Positions 26,123-38,569 of a stretch of 64,000 nt of DNA are shown one piece after another. The notes beneath the pieces are model-generated. The model was not told the DNA's origin, ran no database searches, and saw nothing but the letters and a program-made list of their open reading frames with translations. The first letter of the stretch is position 1; every line of letters begins with the position of its first letter. Made by a program: the position numbers and the translations under genes. The DNA comes from Antedon mediterranea (lineage: Eukaryota; Animalia; Echinodermata): assembly GCF_964355755.1 (NCBI RefSeq), contig NC_092678.1, positions 8,262,422 through 8,326,421 on the forward strand, written 5' to 3'.

Positions 26123-28128
26123 GAGGCAGCGAGGCACGCGAGGCAGGGAAGGCATGCGAGGCAAGTCAGAAATTTATGCGAGGCATCGTTTTACCATCAT
26201 CAAAAAATGCGAGGCATCATTTTATCATTTCTCAAAATTGCAAGGCAGGAAATCACCGAAATTGAAGTAGGCCTAGCCTAGGCCTAGGCCCGCTAGGCTA
26301 GTTTCCTTTTGCACCTGCCTTGTATTTTAACCAACTTTATCCTGAATACCACAGCTTAGAATTAGTAGGCCTACTTTAATGAAGAAAAATCACATAAAAG
26401 TAACAATAAATTCATTAAATTGGTGATTTTACAGACGTTGTTTTTCTCACATTTCGCACACTCAATGTTCAATATTTTGGTTTCTATGGAACGCCAAAAG
26501 AGCAAAATTAATTAGAGGGCTAAACACTCTGTGGAATCCATTTATATTTAACGCATTATTTGGTGAAAATCAAGTACAATTTCAATAGATTTTGTCACTG
26601 TCAGTAAGGAAAAATGTTACTGTTGATAATGTACACGGGTTCGTTAACCTTTTAAAGAATAAAATAGAAAAATTCATCATAATATCCTTAGTAGGATGTC
26701 CTAGGTCTAGACTAGGTAGTGATGTTGATTTAGGATCGATTATTATTCTTTGAAAACAGAACAGTATCAGCAGTAACATATTACAACATTTTTATTGACA
26801 AATTAACAAATATATTGAAATAAAACGTGTTTTTCACCAATAAATGCATGAGAAATTGACGCATTCCACTGAGTTTTAGTCCTCTATTATCGTTGTCCTT
26901 TTGGCGCTCCATAGAAACAAAAATATTGAACATCGAATAAGTGAAATTCGCGAACAGTGTGCGAGAAACACGCCTGTAAAATCATTAATTTAAGGATTTA
27001 TTTGTTACTTTTTATGTGATTCTTTCATTAAAGTACTCATGAAGTATACTTCTAAGGTGTGGTATTCACACGATAAAGTTAGTTATCAAATTTGGAGTAA
27101 AAATACAAGCGAAGGAAACTAGCGCAGGTTTATTAGTACGTACATGGACAACAATAAATAAAAATCGTTCGTAATATACCTAGCTTACTAAAACAGGAAT
27201 AGTGTATCATTATTAAATATTACACCAATTATTATTTTATCAAAATTAATTAAATTATTTTCTACATAGGCCTCTTATCTAGGTTAGGGCTAAGCATATT
27301 AGCTAAAGTTTAATTTTAGGCCTAGTATTACAATTGTCGGACGTAAGTCTTTTTTCACACGCGCTCCAGAATTCTGTCGCAATTTTTTTCTTTGCGGCAT
27401 GTTATTGGATCGGCATATCAGTTACCTTTTATTCACCGCCAGTTATTGAACTTGTCCTGGCAATCGCTGTTCACCTTATTTGCGAGAGAGGTACACGTGT
27501 TGTTCCTAGAGAATGGAATGTCAAAAATGTCTTTGGCACGCCGCTCAGAGAGAAGTATGTGCGTTGCTGCTGAAACCACGTGCTATAGGAGGGGAATGCA
27601 CCACAATCCTTTGAGCTGAGGGCTGAATCATTCCGCTACCTGCTAAATAGTAAATCTAGGCGCAGGGGTGTGACAAAATATTATTTTCACTCTGCTATGT
27701 TCGAGAGACATGTGAGTAAACACGCTCGAAATGCCAATAAACATTGCAGTCATTTGATGAGTGTGTCGCTATAACAATTATTGTTTATCGAAAGTTGAAG
27801 ACTGTCGTTCAGATTTTTGAACCGTAGTTTGGGCACTTTTGTAAAAGTAAAATTTGACACGATATGACTTGAATGAAAAAACAATCGTTACATAAAAATA
27901 AACAACATGATGAGTGTATACACGAATCTATTTAGATACGCTTGTATCGATTGATTATTAGGCCTATAATATAGCATAATAGCACGTTAAGATATGCCTC
28001 GCACCTTTTTGAAATTGTAAACTATATGCCTCGCATGCCTCGCACTTTTGGAAATGATAAAATGATGCCTCGCACAAATATTTAGCATGCCTCGCATGCC
28101 TCGCTGCCTCGCACTTTGTCAACACTCT
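26123..28128. mobile_element. Non-autonomous hAT-like element with GCGAGGCA subterminal repeats, nested in the Penelope
   Basis: 8-bp TSD CTTTTCTC (26115-26122, 28129-28136). Arrays of GCGAGGCA at the left and TGCCTCGC at the right. Left tip appears clipped. Confidence 0.75.
26293..27124. mobile_element. Foldback/MITE with ~280-bp imperfect inverted arms
   Basis: ~26293-26575 is the reverse complement of ~26825-27124 (for example TTTCTATGGAACGCCAAAAG versus CTTTTGGCGCTCCATAGAAA). Confidence 0.75.
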
Positions 28129-28761
28129 CTTTTCTCCTTTAGTAGGAAATACTCAACATCACATCAACAATTCAAAATCTAGCCAACGAAAATGTTAGAG
28201 GAAGATAAAATGTTCACCAGCTCCCAACTTCCAATAGACGATTCCTTGACCGTCATAACATCGCGACTACAAGAACACAATGATTTGAAAAAACAGAACT
28301 CTATTGAACATGCAATTATTCGTCGTCTTAACCACCACACATATTTTACATTCCGAGGTGTCATTTACCAATAAAGATTCGGGGCAGCCATTGAGAGCCC
28401 GGTCTCTCCTATTGTAGCAGATCGAAAAACGGAAGAGGCCAACATAACATCAGCTTTTTCCGGATGTGGTTATCCCAAGTGGGCTTTCAACCAGGTAAAA
28501 AAAAAACATCAATGCAAAGAAGAAAGAAAACGTCACAAAAAAAGCAAAGGATTTGTTGTCGTCCCATAAGTGGCAGGACTTTGGGAACGAGTTAGTAAAG
28601 GTGTTTAAAGAGTTTGGCATCAATACCCACACTTTTTTACTTTTCCATGCAAAAGACTTGGTTGACAAAACAAAAGTGGCAAACTGCGCATACGACATTT
28701 AATAATATGCTACATGATCACACTTACATTGGAGAAACGAGCTGCTGTTTTGGTATAAGGT

Positions 28762-28923
28762 TAGACTTGCCCCAAGTCTGTATTGTTTTATTTGTTTTTA
28801 TTTCGACCGCGATTTTTGTCTGAAAATCCAAACTCAAGTAATACACGTATGAAACGCCATATGTGCAAAAATATTTATATTTTTACTAATATTAAGAAAA
28901 AACTCCGTCTGGAGCCCAGACTA
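28762..28923 (+). mobile_element. 162-bp non-autonomous DNA transposon (TAG...CTA ends, 9-bp TSD)
   Basis: TSD GTATAAGGT; ends TAGACTTG and CCAGACTA. Confidence 0.88.
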
Positions 28924-30324
28924 GTATAAGGTTAAAACAACATAATAAAGAAACAAATCAGGTAACCCTACAGAGAAGGAACTTCACTCGTCAATCTCGC
29001 CGAGAATAGGAAAAGGATTTGAGCAAAACAGCTGAAGCAGATAATGCCGTTCAGTTAAATCACATACTAGAATAAAAAAGCCAATAATAATCGAAAGAGG
29101 AACAGGCATTAAAAACATACGCATAAAAAGAGGCTATATGAATCAGACGGCCCGGCCAGTCAAAAAGGTGTACACCAACTTAGTCACGTATATGACTTTG
29201 TCATTATACAGAATTGGCCCTCTGGAGGTACAGGTCAATCTGTTTCATGACAGATTGTGTCATTTCTTCTGAGGAAGATGTCCGAATAGGACAGCGAAAC
29301 TGTTAAGGTTTTAGTGATTTTTTGTTTTTTTTTTGCAGAAAGAACCAATAACTCATACTATTGGTAAGTTGTTTACAGATCAGATGCGGCCAAGAAATAT
29401 CTGTTGATCATACATTCCAATAATTATCTATAGTTTCCCCTATGTTTCATCATTTTTGTTAAACCATTTTGTTGAACATAATACCTTTCCTATAAAAGAG
29501 AGATAGTTCAAATTTCACAGTAAAATCTCTATTCCATTAAACACAAATGTTGTAAATAGATAGGCATTTAAAAAAAATAATAAAATAAAATAAACGGTGT
29601 CATAAAAATTGTTATCATCTGATGATGACTAAACAATTTTGCGTTGTTGGTGTTTTTATTAAATTTAAAACGTTAGATTTTTATTTTCATGCTTTGTCCT
29701 TTTGTCACTTTTTCCACTTTCTAGAGAGTCATCATTTTATTACATCACCAACTACTTTTACTACCTCTGGTTTTTATAGCAGAATTTTTCCAATTCTATA
29801 TGTGACCAAACTCTTGTTTTTTCGTCGTAATTTCTGTTACACATAATTGATTTATGTACATCAACCAGATATTATACAGGTATCTAAAATTCATGCCTGT
29901 ACCTGTGCTTCAATCTTCTATATTAAAATAATAAATGTAGGATACGATGCTATTGTTATAAAACATTCACCCCAGCTTCAACCAATCGAAATATATACCT
30001 AAATACATGATTTATTGTGGTAAATGACTACCGTAAGTTGTTAAGGTTTGAAAGTATTTTATTTTTAATTTGCTTTAAACCTATAGTACCAAATCGGGAT
30101 AACTGGATGTCTAAATGCATATCAAAGTTAAGTAACGGTAAGTGATAGGAACATTTATCTTAAACATATTATTTGTTTTTATTAAATTTCAGGAGAAATG
30201 AAAAAAAAATCTAACATTTGTGGAATGAAATGTACCTTTCAAAGGTTGCATACCATGATTTTAACTTCTTAAATAATGGCAAAATGGCAAATTAATGTTT
30301 TCTGTTTGTGTTTGTGTGTTATAG

Positions 30325-30411
30325 CTGCTTTACCAAATATAACAATCACCAGATGTACTATAGTAGGCCTACTCTCAATCGCAATCGTCGTCGTCACAAA
30401 CACATATCAAG
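30325..30411 (+). CDS. NLR-like protein 2, candidate 87-bp internal exon encoding a hydrophobic segment
   Basis: Acceptor gtgttatag and donor G|gtaatg, both phase 1. Encodes ALPNITITRCTIVGLLSIAIVVVTNTYQ. Confidence 0.55.
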
Positions 30412-30504
30412 GTAATGTGTACTATTTAGGGATTTTTGACAAAATAATCGATACAGTACGTCTTCTTTGTTGTAATTGTATAATAATCTTTGTATAATAT
30501 TTAG

Positions 30505-33166
30505 ATATCAACATTCGGAATTATTTAACAACAGAACAGATAAACAAATTCAAGAACCCACTAATAAGACCACCAACGTGGAAAACAGGTAATTGGTACA
30601 ATATTTCTCATATGTTTACCGATCCAATACTATATACTGCTACAGCTGGAGAGGAAAGAAAGAACCTCATATCATTTCAAGAATTATTGGACATTATAAA
30701 GTTGAGAGATTCATGTAAAGTACTGATGACAGGAAATGGGGGAATTGGTAAGACAACGTTACTTAGATATATTTCTTATACCTGGGCAACCGATGCTGAT
30801 GCTACGTTTGCTGGTAAAATATTATTTCTTGTAGACGTAAGAGATATTGAGGCAGGTAAAACCATCACAGATATAATCATTGATGCAGTTCAGCTTCATA
30901 AAAACGGTATCTATACAAAGGAAACTATTATAACTTTCTTAGAGAAATACGACAATGAATTAGTTGTTCTAATAGATGGTTTAGATGAGTTAAAATCCGG
31001 AATAGATATTTCACTGAAAGAAGAACTGAAAGACAGTATAATTATTCTGACTTCACGACCGGGTTTTAATGCTAATTTTAAAATACATTATGACGTACTT
31101 GTAAAAGTAGAGGCATTCGCTACTCAAACAATAAAGCAATATATTAACAGGTATTTTGAATTTCGAAATCCTAAGCTGGCTCAGCAATTGATTACTGAAT
31201 TTGAAAGTGATTCACTTGATATAAATAGTTGGGGTGGTGAGCACAAAAACATATTTGAACTCTCTTCGTCGCCATTTTTGTTACTAAAAATATGTAGTCT
31301 GTGGCAGGAAAAACAACAAATGCCAAACGATTTTCAAAATTTCTTAAAAGAAGTTTTTCGTTCCATAATAAATCAATATATTAACAGAAGTGACGGACGT
31401 ACCAAAGCTATTGGAAAATTTAAAGACATTCCAAATGACTATGAAAAGGCAATTCTGATATTGGGAAACATTAGTTACATTCGTTTACAGAAAAATGTAC
31501 TTAACTTTACTCACAGCCAATTATATAATTTAGTAGAAAATAAAACATTATTTGATTTATCATTAAAAATAGGATTTGTTTACAAAGATGATGAATATAT
31601 TAATGATCAGACTTACAGATGTTCACATAAGATATTATCAGAGGCACTAGCAGGCTATTATTTGTCTAAAATAATTGAGACGTTAGGATATGACGAATGC
31701 GAGAAAATAAGGACGAACCCGTATTTACACATGACAAGAGTTTTTACTATTAGTTTTCTTGGTCCCAATGCAGACAAATTTATGAAACACTGGTTGGTAA
31801 ATAGGGCCTCAAATTATTACTCATTTTCAAAGTATTTTAAATATGTAAATCAAGAGCACGAAAAAAAAGTGGCCGATGAAGTATTGAAATCATTAAATAC
31901 ACCAAAAATGAAAGAAAATGTCGAAACTTTAACTAAATCTTTAAAAGATTTTTTGTATTTCGCCCCAAAAGATGCTCAATTATTACAACTCCTTAAATTA
32001 TTTTCAAATGACCTTTCAAGTAACTCGATTTTAGTTATAAAAAAGGTGGTGTCATTTATAAATGACACGAATCAGGAAGATGTGTGCAGAGTTGTAGCTC
32101 ACTTGTCAATCATATTACAACTTTATAAAGCTGAACATCAAAATATACCACTAATTGATACATATTTGATAAAATTACTTGAAAAAAGGGATGACAAATG
32201 TCTTGAAATTCTTTCAACCGAATTCAAGAAATACAATTTAAGTGAAGAGATACGCTCTTTTATGTTTTTCGAAGATGATGAACTCTTAACAAATTTTTAT
32301 ATTAATGGCTCAAAGATGTGCACATTTTTTCAAAACTTTCCAAACCTAGAAGTTCTCCACTTAAGTCTTTATTGTGTTTCGACCATGGGTGCATTACACA
32401 GTCCACGTATTGAGGAAATGGTAAACGAATGTAAACACAATGAAACATTCGCTAAGTTGAAGACGTTTAGTCTTCCGTTTCAAAATCTTTCCTGTATCAA
32501 TGGGGCTTCATTAGGTCACATTCTAAATAGTTCTAGAGATTTAGATGATTTCAACTTGACTTCATGTAATTTATCAAGCAAACATATAGTTGATATGCTG
32601 AATGAAGTAGACAAAATATATTTAACGTCGAAACAAAATTTTATTAATTTAGAACTAAACGATCTGTCAAGTATTGATAAGGATTCACTTGGGAATCTTA
32701 TTAATGTATTAAACACTGCTGATTCGAAAGAACCTAAATTATCTTGGGTTCGTTATAATTTATCAGCCAACGAATTACATAATCTGTTGATTTCAACCTG
32801 GCGTCACAATTTTAGATGGAATAGTCTTATTTTGGACGGAGTTGACTTATCATCCATAAAAGGAAGTACATTAGCTAATGTATTTATTATATTTCCAAAT
32901 TTAATATATCTTTCTATGAACGATTGTAATTTAAATGGTTCTATTGTTAATTTAATACTAGATGAATGTTATAAAAATAATATAATAAAGAAAGGTGAAT
33001 TAATATCTCTTAAAGGAAATGACCTTTTGAATATTAATGATAAAGCAATAATCACATTATTTGTTTTCAGAAGAAATGACAACAATGTAACATTAGAAAT
33101 GGAAGAATGGCGTTATTACACCTTTAGCACACACCTTTTGATATGTGTCATGTTATTGGCACTGGG

Positions 33167-33200
<34 letters not shown>

Positions 33201-33263
33201 GTTATTGTTATTGTTATTATTATTATTATTATTCTGTCATTCTTCTGTCCCACTGTCACTTGA
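30505..33263 (+). CDS. NLR-like protein 2, terminal exon: NACHT + LRR-like region + C-terminal hydrophobic helix
   Basis: Acceptor atatttag at 30504 (phase 1); open through RPPTW into ORF 30612-33263. GNGGIGKTT, LIDGLDE, ILTSRP. Colinear paralogue of 6401-9348. Confidence 0.9.
33171..33233 (+). repeat. (ATT/GTT)n microsatellite inside the NLR-2 reading frame
   Basis: Encodes a run of about 20 Ile/Val residues. Confidence 0.9.
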
Positions 33264-33674
33264 TTTGTGTTTTCATTTGATTTGTGCTTTTGTGATGATT
33301 TCGCTTCAATTAAATATATTAATAGTCGATAAAATATTTTCAAATATGTTGGTAATTTATTTATTCCGATTCATTTAAATATTATTCGCTTACACTAGTT
33401 TAGTTCAGTCTTGTGTTTGTTCAAAGGGCCAATTCTCTACGTGTAACCATTATATTAAAGAGTAGACTCTATTGGCCTTCACCATTCAATCTTAGACTAA
33501 AGGAAACACCCTTAAAATTGTGAATATAATTTAAGGGAAGTACTTACAATTAATTAAGTAATAATTAAGGCAGATATATCACTCGCAAGTGTTGTTAATA
33601 CACGGCCCCAGCAAGTAATTAAGTAACGTCGAGTAATAAACATGTACGTCCGTCAGAATTATTTTAATAAAGAC

Positions 33675-33711
<37 letters not shown>

Positions 33712-34316
33712 TTAGAACAACTTACTATGTTCATATAAAATGTAATGTAAATATATACTGTATGTCAATGAAATAAACCATCATGAATTCAGGCCATTAG
33801 GCCTACTCACTAATTTCAGGATGGAAAACTATAATTGTATAAGATTTATATTTAAGACTGTAGGTTTGTAATTATTATTAGTATTAATTAATATGTTTTG
33901 TCTGCTAGTATTTAAATAATATTTTTGTTTACTTAAGAAAATAAGAATCTTAATTATTTATGTTTATTTCATAATTTAAATTGTAATTTTTATTCTGCTT
34001 TTATATATTTTTTCCATTCTGTCAAGAAATTTTCTTTTGATTTGATTTGATTTGATCACTTTATTTCAGAATAAATATTCCATATATACTATATATACAA
34101 CAAATAATACAAAACCGGAAAATTAAACTAAAATAAAAGTTTTTCCCACAAACAAGAAAAACAAACACCCCATTTTTTAGTCCTAATATTATTTCAATAT
34201 TAATACTACAGTATATGCTATAGGGGCTGGACTGGTGTATTTTTTTTCTAGCCCATTCCTATGTTATTATGTTATTTTACCATTATTGTACTTTTAGTTT
34301 ATGAATTGTGATAATA

Positions 34317-34572
34317 TAGGTGGGCAGATTAGAGACTATTTTTTGATTGAGGTAGCAATGGACGTACTACCAGCTAATTTTGATATTTTTGGAAAATATT
34401 GGTCTTGGAAAGGTCACAACCCAAAGGGATTCTGGCTAATTTTGAGTTGTGACCATTACCAAGACCAGGCCTATATTTTCTAAAAAATATCAAAATTAGC
34501 TGGTAGTCTGCCTACTTCCATTGCCACTTCAACCTTTTCTAAAGGACTTTTTGGTCGTAATCTGCCCAGCTA
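34317..34572. mobile_element. Palindromic MITE (foldback hairpin)
   Basis: TGGGCAGATT..ACTACCAGCTAATTTTGATATTTTT..GGTCACAAC is mirrored by GTTGTGACC..AAAAATATCAAAATTAGCTGGTAGT..AATCTGCCCA. Confidence 0.8.
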
Positions 34573-34914
34573 AAAGATCAAATAGTTAAATCCTGAATTT
34601 ATAGACTATTCACTAGATGCGCAATATTAACACTAGATAAAGTTTCTATTTTTTTAACATTAAGTTTTTACTTTCCCAGCTTTAACCATCAACTCTTTAA
34701 AACTGCTAAAAAATGCCGGGTCAAATTAGGAAGATTTACGATTTGATACAACTAATCTCATTGGCTTGTTAAATAAAATTCTTAAAACTGTTCAATTTGT
34801 ATCGGTAAACAGTAGACTTCAATAAATAATACAGTAATAATACAGTAGAAACTTTATGGTAGAGAGCAAACCAAATTATACTAAAACACAGCGGTTTTTT
34901 CTTTATTACTAAAA

Positions 34915-35455
34915 TATATTCATTTCATAATGACATTTCATAAACTTGATATCTTAACCATGTTCATATCTTAGAGCGTATTTATTTTTCTAAACGTATT
35001 CTTTCTTAACACATTCATATTTTTAACATATTCATTTCTTAACATAGGTAACATAATCATATTTTTGCGTATTCATTTTTTGTATATTAATTATATTTCC
35101 TAGCATATTTATTTCTTAACCCGTATTCATTGTTTTGACACATTCATATCTTTTCTTGTCATAATCATATTTAATCATATTTATTTCTTAATATGTTCAT
35201 TTCTTAACATCATCATAATCTTAGCGTGTTAATGCTTTGTTTATTTGTTAAGATTATTTATTTCTAAACGTATTCTTTTCTTAACGTATTGATTTCATAA
35301 CTTAACGCATTGATTTCTTAACGCATTGAATTCTTAACGTATTGATTTCTTAACATAATTATAATCTTAGCGTGTTCATTTCTTAACATATTTATTTCTT
35401 AACGTAACTATTAATTTCTTACCACATTCTTTTCTTAATACATTCTTTTTACATA
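34915..35455. repeat. Degenerate AT-rich minisatellite (ATTCAT(A)TTCTTAAC-like units)
   Basis: Many TTCTTAAC-containing ~17-19-bp units. Confidence 0.75.
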
Positions 35456-36076
35456 AATTCACTCAATTCCATAGTAGGCCTATACGGCATTCATTTCATA
35501 GCATATTAACTTCCAGGGAAGTGTGAAACTAAAGCATAGTTTCACTCTTCCCTTTTAATTTCATAGTATACGGCATTCAATTCTTAGCATATTAACTTCT
35601 TTTTTTTAACTATCACGTAGGCTAACATTTAATCCTGATCGGATGTCGCTTGATATCAAGAAACGGTATTTTAACCAACAATATGTATAATCTTAAATGA
35701 TAAAATAACATAATCATCTCATTTGCTTGTTAAATTTTCTCAAAGTAGAACTGTTCAATTTGTATCGGTAAACAGTAGACTTCAATACATAATACAGTAA
35801 TAATTGATTGAAGTGTACATATTGTATAATCATTATTATCTAATCGATTCAGTGCACAGCATATACTTAATTTCATGTCAAACGGGTGTTTCTGAATGAA
35901 TAAAACAAAAGTTAATTCATCAAGTTTATGTATCCGATTGGGAATTGAGTCATGCTCTTTTCTGTTTAGTGTATATCTATTATTATTTAACAGAGTATTT
36001 GTGCATGACAAGTGATCAAAGTTGCGTTATTTAACATTCACATACTACATATTTTATTATAGGCCTATATATATAT

Positions 36077-36532
36077 TCGAGTCTCGGTTGGGGCGACTTT
36101 TTCTCATTCTCACAGATTTCCTCATCTTTATCGTTTCAAATTAATTAATTAAATTTCAGTATATCACCGGGCGGTTTAGAATTAATGTTCTTTGCCTGAT
36201 TTGTTTATATATATAAAAGTATCTCTTCGGAGATCCCGCCTCGTGAATAAAAATACTGTAAGATGAGGGCGTATCAATTTGATCTCTGGTACGCGTGCGT
36301 ACAACTGAGGACTAGTGCTGTTCCGCCGTACCACGCCGAGAATGTTAAAGAGTCGCTATCCAATCGAGTTCGAACAATACCATGAAAGCCCCAGTGGTCT
36401 AATGGTTAGGACATCTGCATATCAAGCAGGCGGTCCGAGTTCGAGTCTCGGTTGGGGCGACTTTTTCTCATTCTCACAGATTTCCTCATCTTTATCGTTT
36501 CAAATTAATTAATTAAATTTCAGTATATCACC
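36077..36532 (+). mobile_element. TA-repeat-associated tandem element containing a tRNA-like sequence (about 1.4 units; tail resumes at 37502-37566)
   Basis: 36077-36170 repeats at 36440-36532. The tail resumes after the 9-bp-TSD insertion. A further inverted fragment lies at ~62420-62515. Confidence 0.7.
36388..36459 (+). tRNA. tRNA-like sequence (anticodon ATC, Asp-like), probably a repeat-borne pseudo-tRNA
   Basis: GCCCCA/TGGGGC acceptor stem, TGGTCTAATGG A box, CTGC-atATCaa-GCAG arm, CCGAG-TTCGAGT-CTCGG T arm, downstream TTTTT. Confidence 0.5.
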
Positions 36533-37492
36533 TAGACTTGCTCCAAGTCTGTATTGTTTTTTTTAATAATTTATTTGTTTTTATTTCGACCGCGATTTTT
36601 GTCTGAAAATACAGACTTGTGAAACACGTATAGAAATCGATTTGCAGACCGCAAACAACTGATAAGAATGACGTAGGTTATCATACCGTATTTGGCTATA
36701 TGGGGCGGGCGGTATGTAAATATGGATTTCAAATCAACCAATGATCATTTTGTTTCAAAATGAAAAAGATCGAGTACGTAACAGTGCTGAATGTACGATC
36801 GAGACTGTTGAAATAATGAAATCGTGTTGCCAAGTTGTTTTGTTTATTAATTGTTTAGTCCTTAGCCTAGGCCTCGCACGTATGATCTGCCAAATAAAAC
36901 GCCAATAAGAGGTAGGCCTACATACCACCACCGGCACACAACAGGATTCACACACAACAGACAGGGCTACGACACCCGCTACACAGAACAGGACAGGGTC
37001 TAGGTGGGATTTAAATCAAATTATCTCCGCGTAATATTAAATGATCCATTCAATGTTTGATTTGCGGAGAAGCAAGACGAGTTTTCATGTTCTTGGGGAA
37101 AATCCCATCAAATGTTTACCAGACTACTACTAGGCATATAAAATCATTTCTAGCCTTCAGAAACTTTCATCAATGTCCCGATCAATGTACCCAAGTACAT
37201 TGTCTAAACGTAACATAGCGCATGCGTACCATCTTAGTTGTTGAGTCTTTGAAATTCTGAAATATGAATATTAAAACAGTGTACGAGTGAGTAGCCAATC
37301 GCATGCAGCTGAAACTAGTCAACCGGATAATCTATGCACCAAGAATTCTTGGTGTCAAACCACGTGACTTTTGCGTGTTTCCCCAGACGGAGTATCCAAA
37401 CTCAAGTAATACACGTATGAAACGCCATATGTGCAAAAATGTTTATATTTTTACTAATATTAAGAAAAAAACTCCGTCTGGAGCCCAGACTA
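36533..37492 (+). mobile_element. Longer (960-bp) member of the TAG...CTA 9-bp-TSD family
   Basis: TSD TATATCACC. Both ends match 28762-28923, with ~770 bp of extra internal sequence. Confidence 0.85.
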
Positions 37493-38569
37493 TATATCAC
37501 CGGGCGGTTTAGAATTAATGTTCTTTGCCTGATTTGTTTATATATATAATATATATATATATATATTAATGCAATTTTATCTAATAAATTAATGTAAAAG
37601 GTATGTAATAACATTTTAATAAAAGGATGATTATCTTTTAATGTAGGACTGTATGTAGTATTGTTATTGTTTACCAATATTTTATCTGTTGGTAAATCAA
37701 AATCTGTAAACAAAAAAGTAAATAAAATATACTGTTTCGAAGAAGCGAAATAATCAGTGACAGTTTAGTTTGCATTGCATAATATCTGGTTATATGCACA
37801 TCTAAAGTAAACAGCTTAAGCGAAACCGAATTTACACTCCTAATCTATTCAAAGATTCAGCCCTTTCCCATCTCATCTCTTTTCTCGTCTCTCCCTGTAT
37901 CATTCCTTCCTCCATCTCTTCCCTTCTCTTATCTCTTCCCCGTCACATCTCTGTTCACATCCATAGACCATGTCTTTCCTCTTAATCCATTTCTCATCAC
38001 ATCATTTCCCATCCATTTTCTCTAATTCCTTATGACATCCTTTTTTGTTATGGTAGTGTCCCAGTTATGAGAATCTGTTACGTTGTTAAATGTGTGGTAC
38101 GTTGTGTTACGTTGATGTGGTACCGATAATTTAATGTCACGAATCAAAGCGTAGCACGAGAGGTCCGTCGCGCACAGCGTGTTAATATACCATTCAAATG
38201 ATAATTATTGTTCAATATATCTTACTCTATTTATATTCCCAATCAACATGACGCAGAGTAAATAACAGTATTTATATTACAGTTGATAAATTTAACATAC
38301 AAAAGAATCGTGTTTTATTAATTTGTACATTGGTGTGGTTTAGTTGTACCTTGAACTAAAGATAAACTGATTTCGTCTGATCTGGATGTCATCATAATAC
38401 ACACTAAAAACAATTCCCGATGCTGGATAAATCATTTGTAAAGGTTTGTAAAAAACTAATTTTAAATGCTGATGCTATATGTAGTAGACCTGTTCCACCA
38501 CCAAAACTAGGAGCGAGTCGGCCTCGAACCCTTGCCGATGTTGTTGGCTCTGTAGGTACGGTAAACGGT

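Larger units (their letters stand above)
25731..29356 (+). mobile_element. Decayed Penelope-like element with inverted pseudo-LTRs, in the NLR-2 intron
   Basis: 25731-25854 is an inverted copy of 29232-29356. Remnants FTFRGVIYQ, SPVSPIVA and YIGETS. Hammerhead-like CTGA(G/A)GA..GAAAC in both repeats. Confidence 0.82.

Noticed and set aside
33116-33378. Poly-Leu and antisense poly-Ile ORFs
   Set aside because: Alternative frames of the (ATT)n microsatellite.
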